Shown here: piece after piece, positions 40,103 through 54,271 of the stretch
How positions within the stretch are numbered: the first letter of the stretch is position 1
Layout of the letters: each line of letters starts with the position of its first letter
Origin: Vermamoeba vermiformis
Taxonomy: Eukaryota
Direction: 5' to 3'
Assembly (NCBI GenBank): GCA_045837725.1
Contig: JBEWZL010000182.1
Coordinates: 1-63,822, forward strand
DNA: 63,822 nucleotides
The notes under the pieces: generated by a model
What the model was told of the DNA's origin: nothing
Databases searched by the model: none
The model's input: the letters and a program-made list of their open reading frames with translations, nothing else
Made by a program: the position numbers and the translations under genes

Positions 40103-43100
40103 TTACAGACGCTGACCGTTCTTCCATTCAGCCTCGTATTGTTTGCCTTTAACTTTATATACACCTTTGCCATGCATCTTATCGTGCCTCCAGCCACCAA
40201 CGTGTGTCGATCCGTCGCTGAACACGTAAGTGCCTTGACCATCTCGCTTATCATCACGGAACTCGCCGTCGTAGCTCTCGCCGCTCTTCCACGTCATCTT
40301 TCCCTAAGACAAATAGAATCAGTAACTACGAACCAAAAAGTCGGAATGGATCTGGACCGAATCTAGTCAACCGGGTCGAAGTTTGTAACCTTAAAATAAG
40401 GCAATGGTATCGATTTATACACTCACCTTGCCATGTCTCTTGCCGTGCTTCCAAGTACCAACGTATTTGTCGCCGTTGGACCATTTGTACGTGCCAACAA
40501 CCACGCCTGAGGACTCGTCTTTCGATTCAAATTCAAAGCTACAAATAGAACAAAACTCTATTAGTACCCTATATATATAACACCAGTGTGGCCTATTATA
40601 CTTACACATCACCGTCAGCGAACTTATACGTGCCCTTGGTGAGTTTATTAGCCTCCCAATAACCGTCAAGCACATCCATCTCTACAAAGGCAAAAAGTTA
40701 TTTCTCTATTCTTTAATACCATATAGGCGCTTATATTATACTTACTGGAAGAGCCTTTGACCGGCAATTTGATCGCACCTTTGCCGTGTCGTTTGTTCTG
40801 GGCCCATTCACCTTCGTAGATCGAGTTGTCCTTGGCACACTTCAACGTGCCCTGTCCCTCCATGACGTCACTCTTGAAGTTGCCGTCGTACGTACTGCCG
40901 TCAGGGAACGTTTCAACTTGTTTGCCTTCTTTTTTCTTAACCTCGGCTTTAGGCTCAGCAGATTCAACATTGACCGTCGGCAGCTCTCGCGAGGAACGAG
41001 TGAACTGCAGCTTTGGAATGACGAACTCAATGGGCTCTTCAGGTTCAGCTGTAGAGCCACCTGAAGCTTTGATCTGCGCTTTTTCTTCTCGATCTAAAAT
41101 AAATTGTCAGTACAAACCCGAGCTTGTCAAAGAAAAAATGTCTTTACAATGATGCTAGTATTTGTGTATAGTCTTACCTTTCTTGCCGGGATCGACTTCA
41201 TAGATCGAAACGGATCCTTCAGGCTTCAAGCTGATCAAGGGTGGATCGGCGTTCTTGCCCTTGAACCACTCTTTAGCACTCAGACCAGGCTCGCCACTAA
41301 ATGTAGGTGGGTAGATATCTTCTTGAAACACGTTGTTATTAGTGTCCCTGCGCGGTACTTGGAACATCAAGTGCTCGATCTTGTCGATCGACAACTTGGC
41401 AAATCGAATGATCTCGCACGACAAGACATCAACGGAGCGCGGAGGGAACGAGATGATGTCACTCTGAGGCGAAGTGCTCTTATAGTCCGTCAAGTAGTGG
41501 CACACTGACGCATCATCAACAACTTCGTACGCGCGAATGACCGCATCTCCCTTGAGGAAAAAAAATGTTAGAGAAATGTGGAAGTAATGTTAGGGATTGT
41601 ATTTAAAACGTAAAAAGAATAAGTAGGTTGTGGAGGAAGTGTATAGATTGACAGCACACATATAATTCACTATCAATTGATGATACCCCTCAGCTTTGTT
41701 GTTCTCCAGAGAATAGATTAAGGAATGAACATCCTTGAACAAGCAATAAATTGCCTGCCATGTAATCATCCTTGACCGTCTTTGGAGGTGAATTTTGAAA
41801 AGTTGGATCGGATGAGAGGATCCCGCCAAAATTACTACGAAGTAACCGACGAGATTAATACTGTTACATTATCTAACAGCACTCACCACGCGCCAAGTAT
41901 ACTCATACGCGACATATCCATTATCAATGACTTACCTTGCCAGCGAGAAATACAATGTTGGTTCCCATCTCGAAGAACGGCAATATGGGACCAGGTTGCG
42001 TGTCAACGACGGTGGTTTTCAGACTGTTATTATCTGTCAGTACTAGTACTAATATGATATGGAGTAGGTGGCGGGTAGTACCTGTTCGTTACGTTTCTAA
42101 CGTCCCAAATAGAAAACTCGCGTTCTCCTTGCTTGTTGAAACCAGTAGTGATCAGCTGATCTCTTTTACCGAGCCACGAAGCACGAAAACCTTTCGAGTT
42201 TTGGTGCGTCGGGCATTCCTGTATACATAATGAATATTAGTGATTGAGATCTTGAGGCTGAAAAAGATTTGCGGTGTGCATTTGAGATGCGAGAAAAGAA
42301 TTTATCCTCCCCTAGGATCCGCGAATGCTACTGAATTAAGCAGTAACGGACTAAAAAAGAGGAATACGGTGCTATGTATATCATTAGTTATCAGACTTAC
42401 TGCAGTCATCTTCTTGTTTCTCGGATCCCAGAAGCGCATGATCTTGTCCTTGCATGAAGTGACCAATGTGCTGCCGTCCCAGTTCCAAGTGATCGACTGC
42501 ACAATGTCCGTGTGAGTGCCTTCAATCGATATCATCTCTTTCTTGTGCTCGAGATCAAAGAACTTGACATTGACGTCACGAGATGTGGTGATCAGCACAT
42601 TCTTGGCAACAGGATGGAAGTGCACACTGAAGATTCTGTTCTTATTGTTGCCTAAAAAAAGGGTGATATGAGCGATTATACTAACGAATAAGCTTATAAA
42701 ATAAGATTTTGAGGGATTAGATCTTGGATTTTCAGTTCTGAATGATCGTTTTGTGAAGAAGGAGCTTCAATCTGTATGCTGGCAATACGTACCAGAAAAC
42801 TCCATGTCACACTCGGTGATCTTTTCCTTGAGCATGTCGTTCTTCAAATCCGGCAGACGCCAAACACGGATGTAGGACGAATCTGCAGTGACTAGGAGAT
42901 TGTTCTCAAAAGGACTGAGTTCAAAATCCGCCATGCCCTTATTGTGTGTCTCGATCTAAAACAAAATAATAATTAACACTGATACGAGAGCTGAGAAAAG
43001 CTGTAGAGGAAGGGATGTGGATGCGTTACGCACTCGTAGTTACGAAGCGTCAGGTTTGATCCACCTGCGACTCAACGACCGAGCATCAACACAGGCGATG

Positions 43101-43558
43101 TTGTACTTACCAAGGGAACATTGGAGGGCACTTTGGCAGCGATCTTCGGGTTGTCACCATCTCGGACGGGAAAGACACCGATAGCACCAAATCCAGACGT
43201 TTGCCAATCGACGCAATAATATGAATTATTTGCACGCAAGGCATTCGTGTCTCGGCTGACTTTTGGCTGTTGAAGAAGGAATAATTAGCATCCGATCGGA
43301 TTTTAAAAAACAAAAAAATCTAACAATTTTTAGAATCGCCCAAGTATTAACCGACTATAATTTACTGAACGATGTGCCATTATTTAATAAATTACCTTTA
43401 ATCCTTCATAGCCACATTTCGATCGAACAGTAGCAAAAATATTTCTGAACCTAATAGAGAAGGAAGATTAATTACTATACTTGTACAATATTAACGGGTT
43501 ATGCGTACACTCTGAGATATTAAAGTGCTTACTTTGAGCTACGCACGACTTCCACCAT
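40103..43558 (-). CDS. Coronin-like WD40 protein fused to C-terminal MORN repeats
   Basis: Coronin signature MVEVVRSSKFRNIF, HFHPVAKNVL, WNWDGSTLVTSCKDKIMRFWDPR, FLAGKGDAVIR and VPRR...FQEDIYP...EWFKG. This splices in frame to the MORN repeats YDGNFK..MEGQG, YEGEWAQNKRHGKG, YVGTWKHGKRHGKG and YDGEFRDDKRDGQG. Confidence 0.88.
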
Positions 43559-43764
43559 CTAGGGCCAACTTATGGACGTTTCTAATGTACAAAAATAAAT
43601 ACAAGTATAATACAAATGTAATAACACGATGAGAGCTATTAACTATAATACAAATGGTTTGTGCTCGACATCGTGTTAATAAGATTGAGAAATAAAAATC
43701 AAGGCTCGAAAAAATAACAACGATTTTTTTGACCAATCAAATTACGCACGCCCAAACGAGCACC

Positions 43765-44579
43765 ATGTCAGCAATAGTAACGACTAAGAAAGAAATTAAT
43801 GAGGCGTGCCTGGACTTCATGTTGATGGAGATGGTAGAGACGGTCGTGAGGACATCTGATCCTTCAGCAGAGACAGTCAATTTCAAACTCGAGCGAATGG
43901 GTTTTAGAGTGGGCCAAAAATTAGGAGAAAGGTAACATATCGCAATACTATGCGTATTATTTGTTGAGGACGCAATGTAATAATAACCCTAATTTTTCGT
44001 ATTTTAGATTTACAAAGGACCGCCCAAGCTTCCCAGATACATTAGAAACTATTAAATTTATTTGCAAAGAATTTTGGATCACGTTATTTAAGAAGCAAGT
44101 TGATAATCTGAGGACAAACAGAAAGGTAAGATCCGGATCATTATTTCATTGTATTGAGCGTCAATTTATACTCCAATGATACTGTATTGACACGCCAACG
44201 TATCTTATATTTAATAACGTTGAATATAGTGAATAATGAAATTGTTTAAATGTTATTTCATCGTGACGTAGGCAGCTAATTAATTGCTTTGCGCAGGGTG
44301 TCTTCGTGCTACAAGACAACAAATTCCGTTGGTTAACTCACGTCTCGACTGCCGACCCCGAGTCCGCGAAGGTCTTATCCGAAAAGTACTTAATCTTCCC
44401 TTGTGGTATTATCCGAGGAATGCTTTCTGTCGTGGGTATCAACGCAACAGTATCTGCTGAAATCTCCGCTGTGCCAGCTTGTAAGTGCCTTAATATAGTA
44501 ATACTATAGTAGTACAGTATCCATAACGCAATTGTTTATTACAGGCACTTTTACAGTGAAAGAAAAAGTACCTTCGTAG
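43765..44579 (+). CDS. TRAPPC6: TRAPP complex subunit 6 (Trs33)
   Basis: KLERMGFRVGQKL.ERFTKDR, IKFICKEFW..LFKKQVDNLRTN, LQDNKFRWL and FPCGIIRG. Four exons, divergent from the coronin gene. Confidence 0.95.
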
Positions 44580-45071
44580 ACACATGCCTTGCTTGACCGA
44601 TAATAGTCCACAGTATGCCCTGTTAACTCCCAAAACATTCTTGTAATTATGCAGCTGGGTGCTTCAACACCATTTGTACATTTTAACTTCTTATAAAATC
44701 GATGTAATAATACAAACGTCGTGGCAACTTGCGATCTCGTTCAGATCTGTTCTGCACTTGCACGCGAAGCCCAACTCTTTCAATAAGTAATACACCATTT
44801 TTCGTTCATAGCAAGATGTGCTTTGCCTAAAATAATGCTAAAATCGCGTTTCGTCTCTTCACCGAGAGTAATTAAATTGTGACCGTTTTTCTCCGCTATT
44901 AGACCGCGAAAACAAGAGTGAAGACAACAAGACGAAGGACTATAACGTTGTTGTGGATCCTCACAGATCTGTATATTAGTATATATATTCATTGTATATT
45001 GTCGGACTCCGATTTTTTGTTGGAGCTATTGGATTTGATCAGAATCTAACGGTCAACAAATTATATTAGAT

Positions 45072-48000
45072 ATGGGAGACGCCAGTGTAAGTTGAATTAT
45101 TAATTATGGATGCAGAAAAAGCAAATTTGGAAGCAGTTCAGAGCCATGGCTGATTTTTAGATCAAATCTAATATTGAATATGCTACGCTTTCTTTCAATG
45201 GAGAGTTAATATTGCAATAATTAATTATATCGCATTAATAACACTATTATTACCAAAAACGCGAGCGGCGTAAAAATTATTTTTGGAATTTCAATCTGAC
45301 TGCGAGCAAATCTTTATCAATAGCCCAATAATTAAATAACAATGAATATTGTAATTTAAGATATGTACTTTATTCGAGGCATTGTATCATTAATCTGTAC
45401 CTCCTTTCTGAATATTATTGTTCCTTTTCGTAAACTTCCCATCCGTTTCGAAATTGCCGAGTACTAACAGCTTTCGATTATTAGGTACGCGTTATTTGCC
45501 GATTTAGGCCAATTAACGCTCGAGAACAACGAGAGGAGGTTGATGATGATAAGTCTAAGGCCCAAATCAAATTCGTTAACACGGATACGATCGACATCAT
45601 CCAGCCGGGAAAGGAGAAATTGAACTTTACTTTCGATAGAGTCTTCCATTCAAATGCTCTTCAACAAGATATCTTTAATTTAGCAGCTAAAGATACCGTG
45701 GAGTAAGTTCTTTTTCGTTTTGCGCATCTTGCAAGTTACCGTTACAAAAAGTCGAACTTAAAGTCTTTATTACGAATTACTGCAAAGATTATCGTTATTG
45801 CACGAGTATAGGCTAATTTTACCTTATTAGTGATGTACTGCAAGGTTACAACGGTACAATCTTTGCTTACGGTCAAACTGGTGCCGGCAAAAGCTTTACT
45901 ATGTTTGGTCCCGATATTTCAGAGGATGATATGAAAGGTACTTACCAATACTATATTATCCGCCTATTAGCATCTCTAACAATGGATCTGCAGGTATTAT
46001 TCCTCGTGCATGTTCGCACATCTTCCAGCACATTGCCGAAGACACCTCAGGCACAGAATACACGATCAAGTGTTCGTTCTTGGAAATTTACAAAGAAGTT
46101 ATCAGGGATTTGTTGAATCCTAAGGGTAACAACTTGAAAGTCCGAGAAACCCCGAGCAAAGGTGTTTGGGTCGATGAGCTAAGCGAAGTGGTACGTAGAG
46201 CTATGATTTATATTATAGGCATTGTACTAACGTGGTTGTAGTTTGTTACATGCGAACAAGAAGTGTTGGATCTGATCAAGCTCGGAGAGAAGTTCCGAGC
46301 AGTCAGCAGCACGCAAATGAACGCAGTCAGTTCTCGCTCTCATAGGTACGTTATCTATCCTTCACCCACGTTTCAAATACAAATATCTTACGCGTTTGCA
46401 GTTTGTTCATCTTGTCGTTGACGCAAAAGTCACGTGATGGCACTACTAAAATGGGCAAGTTGAACTTGGCTGATTTGGCTGGAAGTGAAAAAGTCGGCAA
46501 GACTGGTGCTTCTGGCGAGACCCTCGAAGAAGCCAAGAAGATCAATCAGTCCCTCTCGGCACTCGGTAACTGCATCAACGCGTTGACGAAGGCTAAGAAA
46601 GGTCACGTGCCTTATCGTGACAGCAAGTTGACTTTCATTTTGCGAGAGTCGCTCGGAGGCAATGCAAAGACGACTTTAGTTATTGCTTGTTCTCCTCATG
46701 CTGTAAGTAGATCCAGCTTTCCATTGCTGCAAGTACTAACCTTGCCGTGTAGTTCAACTTGGAAGAGACCATCTCAACATTGCGTTTCGGTCAACGAGCC
46801 AAGTCCATCAAGAACAAGGCGAAGATCAACCAAGAGCGCAGTGTGGCCGAATTGGAAGCTATTATCGACAAGATGCGTGCAGAGATCACAAAGCTTCGTG
46901 CGTACAATGAAGCTTTGGAGCGCGAGCTTGTTGCTGCTAAGGGCTCAGACTTCAACATTGACGAGTTCAGGAAGAAGTTGATGGGTGACTTGGCCAAACG
47001 ACAGCAACAGGTCGAACCGCCAACTTCTCCGCGACCGAGAGGAGACGGAGATGACGACGCTTCATCAGTTGCATCAGACGACTCAGACGCTAGCAACACT
47101 AACTTGGACGTGCCTTCGCGCGAACCTTCGAGCACACAGTTCTTGTCGCCGATGCCTACGAAGACACGACCCAATCTTTTGACGCCTCAGACGCCTAGCA
47201 CCCCAACACATTTTGGCGGCAATTCTATTCCTGCAACACCTTCATCCCCCTCACCGTTCGCGTAAGTATCGTTCACTATACAAGCAGCCCTTCTAATAGT
47301 ATCTTTGTAGTAACTTCGACGCTTATGATCCTATGGCTATGATCGAGATGCAATTGGCGTACGACAAGCTGAAAGAAGAAAAAGATATCCAGATCCAGGA
47401 CTTGAAAGAAGAGCTCTCGCAGTTGCGCGAAGAACTTGAACGTGCAAACGCCCAACAAAACACTGAAGAGACTAAAAGCGAAGACAACTCGTCGTTGGTC
47501 GCGCAGCTTGAGTCTCAAAAGCAAGAATTTGAAGCGCACAAGAGCAAGATGGAATACGAAGCGAAACAAAGTGCGTTGCAAATGGAGACTGCGACGTCTA
47601 GTTTGGCAATTTTGAAAGAAGACAATGAAAATCTTCGACAGACGCTGGACAAGACGACGGGCAAAGTGAGCGAGTTGAGCCAAGAGAACGAGACTTTGAA
47701 AGAGCAGAAGAACGAGCTGGAGCTCAAGATTAAGACTATGGAGAGCCAAGTCCAACAGCTTAATCAACGTGTCTCGAGCTTCGAACAAAATGGTACGGAT
47801 CCGAGTTAAAACATTCAATTTTTTTGACGGTTGTACTAACTCTATATTTCAATAGCCACCGCGCATGCCCAAGAAAAACAAGAGTCGCTTAAACAGCAAC
47901 AAGAGAAAGACGAAAACATTCAAAAGCTGCAAGAGTCGATTGCGGTCTTAGAAGACGATTACAACGCCTTGACCGGTGAAATGAACGAAGCGCAAGGCAA

Positions 48001-50339
48001 AATCAAAGTATTGGTACGTGATAAAAAGTCATCTAAGTAATGACTGTGCTAACTTTGTTACGTAAGATCCAAGAAAAAGAATTGTTAGAGACTGCCTTGA
48101 CCACTGCTAAACATACGATCTCGGTGTTAGAGCAGTCACGTGCTGCCGCTGAAAAAGACAAGTCTGTTCCGGGAACTCCTCGCAACGATTTGTTAGATAC
48201 AGCCAACAAGTACGTGATGCAATATTAATACGCGTATTAACGTTGATTCTAACTGCTCTATGCAGGAAAATATCGGATCTGTCGAATTCTTTGGACCAAC
48301 AAGTCTCCGAGAACTCACTTTTGAAGAAGAAAGTTTCTTTGCTCGAAACCGATGTGGATAAACTGAAGGCTGAGAACGCGAACAAAGAACGCAAAATGGA
48401 ACAAGAGCGACAAAAGTCTAAGACTGCAAATGACACGTTGAAAGCGCTTAAGAAAGAGTTGAACGAGATGAAAATGGTTCAGCAACAGATTGCCTTTGAC
48501 AGCGAAAAGACGTTGAAAGAGGCCGAGATCAAATTGTTGACCGAACAAAATCAACGATTGAGCACACAGACTGACTTGGAGCGTAAGTCAAAAATAATTT
48601 CAGATCTACTTGCGCCGTGTACTTTTCACTAACGACCTTTGCAGGACTAAAACGCGTTCTTGTTGAACGAGACTACGAAGTCAAACAGCTGAACGAGAAC
48701 TTATCTAAAGTCACGTTGTCGTTCAAAGAAGAATCAGCCAAACGCGCCACGACCACGAAGCAACTCGACGAGAATTCAAAGCGACTAACAGAGCTGGAAA
48801 AGAACATTGAGTCTTTGCAAGAAGAAAACTCAAAGTTGAAAGCTATGTTGAAGAATAATAAGAACAATACCAGCGCTAAGCCTGCAGCCACGACGGATAT
48901 TAGCGGAATTTCAAAGCTGAGCGAAGCCGAGAAGGTAAGTTTCATGAACGAGAAGATCTACATCCGGATGCAGATCAACTTTTTTTGTTAGATCTATGTG
49001 CTTACGATGGTGATATTGTAGGAGACATCGACTGCGCTTACAGAGTTCGTGCGTCGATTACAACAACGTAGCGGTCGTGTCGTCAGGCCAGTGCAAAGCA
49101 GCAGCCTTAGCAGTGGTCAAAACAGTCCGCAAGTACCAGCAAATAATAACGCCCCGAGTGGCACTATGGACTCAATTTTGCATTTTTGGAAAGAGGTACG
49201 TTCAATAGCTATTTTTTTATTATGCACACTTTCGTAGTGAGCTAGGCAACAAATTTTCATTTATTTTTTTCGAACGAACGAGGTTCTTGTTGATTTTTTT
49301 CACTCGATTTTTTGGGCTTGGGCGTCACTGCGATAATTATGTATATTATTATATTGACTAGGGCTAACTAATATTGAGTTCCAATATTAAAAAAATTAGA
49401 AGGATATTTTTTGCAGAGGTTTCCGGCGCCTAACAAAAACGAGTTCAAATTCAACAAGAACAACTAAGTTCACCTAAAAATTCAAATATTTATTCCAAAA
49501 ATAGCAAAAAAATCAAGCAATTTTATTTATTCGTTTTTTGTTTAGGCGCCGAAACAACCTGAAAACAACAAACAAGTTTTCACGCAACAACAAATGTTTT
49601 TATTCTCCGATTTCTAAAACTCCGAGAGACCCGCAACCAACGCCCTGAATAGCCCGTGTTAATAGTGACCGACCAACCCTCCCATTTATTTATTAGAAGA
49701 TTTTGAGTTAACCGTCGCGAACGGGATCCGATCGAGAAAATTTAAATATTTTCTTATGGATCCGTTCAACGCGGTTAATTTCAGTCTTCAATTACAACCA
49801 TTGTAAATTACTACGCCTTATTTTTGTGAAAAGTGTAATATAGTCCGACTTTCCATAATTGTCTTGTAAAATAAATCATTGAGGCAATTTCAAAAAAGCT
49901 AATAATAGATCTAAATATTAACTAATATGGACTGGTCTTATAATCATTTAGTTATAACTTTATCGGATCTAACATAAACTTTAATTAGGACGTTACAGAC
50001 ACGAGCAATATGCCTGTTGAAAAAGAAGGCTGGCTGACGTTGCAAGAGCAAGAAGACAAGTTCAAAGTATGGAAGAGGCGATGGACAGTTATTAAGGCCA
50101 ATAGAATGTTTTATTACGTCGATCGGCACGCGAAAGATCCGGTTTCGTTTGTTAAACTGAACGGATGTAAAGTTCAACGTGCGGATGAGCAAACGAGAAA
50201 ACCAAATTCATTTCTCATCGTTCATAAGGAGAATGAGAGTATTCAACCAGCGAATTATATCTACACAAATACAGACGAGCAATGTCAAGATTGGATCGAC
50301 TTCCTAACGAAAAAATTCAAAACTCTGGAGGGGAAGTAG
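45072..50339 (+). CDS. Kinesin heavy chain (kinesin-1-like motor), long coiled coil, C-terminal PH domain
   Basis: [17 protein letters not shown]-loop [34 protein letters not shown] and [13 protein letters not shown]. Coiled-coil exons follow. The last exon EKEGWL...WKRRW...CQDWIDFL is a PH domain. Confidence 0.93.
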
Positions 50340-50512
50340 GAGAGATATTTTATATGAAAGGCAATAAAGCTAGAATTCAACATGCGTATATATATATCTT
50401 ATTAAGGATCTGGATTAATCCATGACATTTTTTTCTGAATTTGGCAATTTTTTTATTCTGATTGTCGCGGTAAATTCATTTAGTATTTAGTTTACTGGTC
50501 GTACAAGAATAA

Positions 50513-53212
50513 TTACTTGCTTGTTTTGTCTTCTTCGAAATCCACAGGTACCCACTCGCCGTTCACAAACGCTTCGTTGTACAGCACCGCACGATCGTTG
50601 ATAACGGCGCCAGGTTTGCGCGCACAAGCGCTTAAGTTCTGCAGCATTGTCTGACAATGGGAGTCGGAAAAACTAAAAAAGAATAAGAGTTATTTTTCAC
50701 TGAAAATTATTTTCACTGAACGGTTTATACCTTGTCGCATTCATATTAATATGCGAGTATATTCTGAAGATTATTTTCTTTTGCAAATAATTTTGTCGCC
50801 GTGTTATTATCGTGCTGCAAATGACCTGCTTTTTGTGCTGTTACAACGTCATTGCAGTAAATCATTGACGTCCTGCAAATAAAAAAGAATTCGTTAAATT
50901 TCTGCAATTCTTCTAATGACCGTAGAGAGTTTTTCCGCTGTTACCTTTTGTCTTTAGTTTGGTTCACGCAAATCGAGGAATAAAAGCTCAAATCAACCGC
51001 TGGCTCGACTTCAGCAATGGTTCGAGTGAAATCAAAGAGTGCATTGAACGGCACTCGTTCAGGCAATTCTTTTGGCAATGTCTTTGAGAATCCGTCCGGC
51101 GATACGATCGAGACCTTGATTGGCTTGGTGATATATTGTGATTCAAAATCTATCAGTCGCGTAGAATGCCTTTGCGAATAAATGAACTTTCCAGGGCTAA
51201 TCTGGCGACCGAAAATATTAACGAAATTCTTAGAAAAAAAATCGAATTTCAAATCTTTTGTGCTCTGTCGCTTCGGAATATTTTAAAAAAATATCCTAAG
51301 CCATCGTTTCGAATAGTGTATCAAAATTAAAGTACTTACTGCGCGCAAATTTGGAGCAGAGCCGTATTCGGTAGTCCCAATAATTTCCAAACAGCACAAG
51401 AGCTGTCCGTTGTGGCTATCAAAAAAATACAAATGTGTTCGTTTGAAGTACGCGATCACGTGCTCGAATATTCTGACCGATGATTGGTTATAAAGATGGC
51501 TTGCCGTAGCGTCCAAGTTGTATTGCAGCAGGATCTCGCCTTTGAAATTTTTGAGCACCCATTGAATGCCATTCTCGGTGTGTGAACCCAAAAATACCTA
51601 TAGTATAGTATAACCATTAGTATTATTAGCAAAAAGCGAATTATTTAGAAATCACTAAAAAATTTAAATTTAGTGCTTGATAACCCTAGTTTACGTCGTG
51701 CTTGATACGATTACTAATTATTTGATATATGTATTATTATAGATAATAACAATGCTTGCTGGGCACATTATATTTTTAATATATGAAGGAGGTCACATGC
51801 TTAGGCATTGAGCGGTAAGCCCAAAAAGTGATGACTAAATCGTTGGCAAAAACCAACTTTTTATGCCTTCGGGTTCAAAAATATCATAGATAATATGCAT
51901 AATATTAATATAGAGATTAAGTGGCTTACCTTATTATCAGCAATGGCCCAATCGAGTAACTTGCTATTTTGTTCGAAGAAGACCTGATTGCCAGTCTCGG
52001 TGTCAATGACGGTCAAGCGCAATGTGTTATTGTTACGGAATCGCACAGTTCTCGCATAAGCAATGTATTTGCCATAGAATTGAAATGGCAAATTAATGCC
52101 ACTGCCAGTCTCGTTCATTGCTTGAAAATGATGTACCGTTCGTTCTTTCAGATCCACGACGTAAAAATCGGTATTTCTGTTGAATACGATATGTTAAAAT
52201 TTTTATTGCCTAATAAGGAAATATTCCGTACTTACGCGTTCAAGCAAATTGTATCGTAATTCTCGACTTCATTATTTTGCATTACTCCGGTGTTGTTCCC
52301 GACTAGAATAATTAAATATTAATATGATTAGTCTTATTATATATTATAGAAGCACATACTTTTATCAATTGCTATATCAAACGTTTCTCCAGTTTTGCGA
52401 TCCACAACTGTAAGCGGGGATGTACCGTAAGTAGCAGTATGGGTGACGTATCCACCCTAATATGCGATAATTATCATAATATTCATATTATAAATGTTAT
52501 TCTTACGGATGTTACGATATAATTCTTCGTTAACAAAACGTTGGGTTGATCAAACTGGATTCGTTGTCGTTCGCCAGTAATTAAATTAACGAGCTCATGA
52601 GCGAGAAATGTCGTCGTAGAATAGGAGCTATATATTATTAGTATAATAAATTACGTGATTAGGGCTATTTTTGGACATACTAATCCTGCGCTTCGTTTAT
52701 GAGCGTGATCAGGGCTTCATTGCCCGCAACTGAACAGCTGTGCGTCATGATATTATAAAGAGTAAGACTTTCTTTAGTTTGAATAGCCCGCGATAAGCAC
52801 CTTAGGCGCAAAGAGAAGTTAGCAAACGTTTTGCACGATGCGCATCTGAACTTACTTTTTTTCTCGCATATTTCTTCGAACACGATATCTCGTCAAAGCC
52901 ACGTCGCGCCAATTTTCCGTATCATTTGTGGAACTACAACTTGGAAAGTGGCGATGGGCAATTTCCTATTTATTTATTTACATTTTTAATTCAAAATAAA
53001 TCAGATAAAATTCGGGTAATTTATTTGCAATGGGAATGAGTAAATAATATAATTAACTTATTATGGAAAATTTATCTTACCTTCCAGAGATTTTTATTTT
53101 TGAGGTTGTCTTGAAACGATTTGCATGCTTGCTCGAGCCTTACTATTGACGCCAAGTCCAAATCAATAATAATAATGGCAAATAATTCGAGGGGAACGCT
53201 GATCCAATCCAT
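50513..53212 (-). CDS. F-box protein with beta-propeller-like C-terminal region, multi-exon
   Basis: First exon MDWISVPLELFAIIIIDLDLASIVRLEQACKSF...LWK. Later exons have VIDTETG and FFDSHNG beta-blade-like motifs. The last exon ends WVPVDFEEDKTSK-stop. Confidence 0.75.
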
Positions 53213-53818
53213 TTTGAACGTTAGTGTTCTCGATCAGATTATGACAGAAAATAACTGTCATTTAAATTATCTTCATGAAGAGTGGAGCATAGCAGCTCTT
53301 GGTCCCAACTCTAGCAGGGGCGTGGCAGGAATTAAAAGCTGCGATCATGATCGTTTTGTTCGATCGGTAAATCCGCTTACAAGTTGGGACTAACGTCCAA
53401 AAAATTCCTAAAAATATTAAAGACCTAAATTAAGAATGGTAAGATTTTAGCCCTTCACTCCGATTGTCTTCTGCTAGCAAAAAATACTTATTTTTCTAAA
53501 TTAATTTTTTTTACAGCAATTCAAGGACCTTGAATTTGTCCTCGCGCCCATATCTGCATTTAATTATGAGTGATATTTACACGACTGTCACCGAAGCGAA
53601 TTCAGATCTGTCAGAAATTCAACAAGAAATTGATTTTAGGCCCGATCATTTGACTTACTACCACCAAAGAGGTAATATATACAATAACATCATAGTTTAA
53701 CCGAAATAATGAAATTAATCACTATGAAATCGACATTGAATTGATGCGCTGCACAATACCTTGTTTAGGCAAATTTTGCACGCGTGATTTGTGTTGCTTT
53801 TCGGGGTTATTGCAATAA

Positions 53819-54271
53819 ATGGAGGCTAGTGATCATACGAAAGATAAATTGAATGATTTATATGAGCAGATTCAAACCGAAAGACGACGCTATGTGGAGC
53901 TGAGGCACATCTACAAAACGTTAACTCGAGAGAAATTCCTCGTAACTGGAGAGGAGCGACAAGCAAAAATTGCCGAGCAAACAGCTGCTCATTTTGCCCT
54001 AACTAAATTGTCTGTTAACATTTCCAACTTAGAGTATGAGGTATCGTTTTTTAATTTTTCTTTATTATTTATTAACGATAATCCATAGTACGGCAAAATG
54101 ATGCCAGAAATAATTAAACAACGTTTAGAAGCACTGCTCGATGCTATTGATGAAGGAGGCTGGTATTATCGCAGGATCCATCTGCCGAGTCCCGCGTTAA
54201 TGAAAAAATTGGTCAAAAAAATTAAGAGCCAAAAACGGAGGCTAAAAGAAAAAGGAAATGACGCTATTTAA
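53819..54271 (+). CDS. Small two-exon helical protein, unknown
   Basis: ATG at 53819. An intron at ~54040-54088 joins to YGKMMPEIIKQRLE...KGNDAI-stop. An upstream exon-like piece (53567-53670) splices into an in-frame stop, so the locus may be degraded. Confidence 0.45.

Noticed and set aside
46791-48945. Long antisense ORFs over kinesin (also over COX15, coronin and the Ngaro ORFs)
   Set aside because: These are shadow ORFs produced by codon bias on the coding strand.
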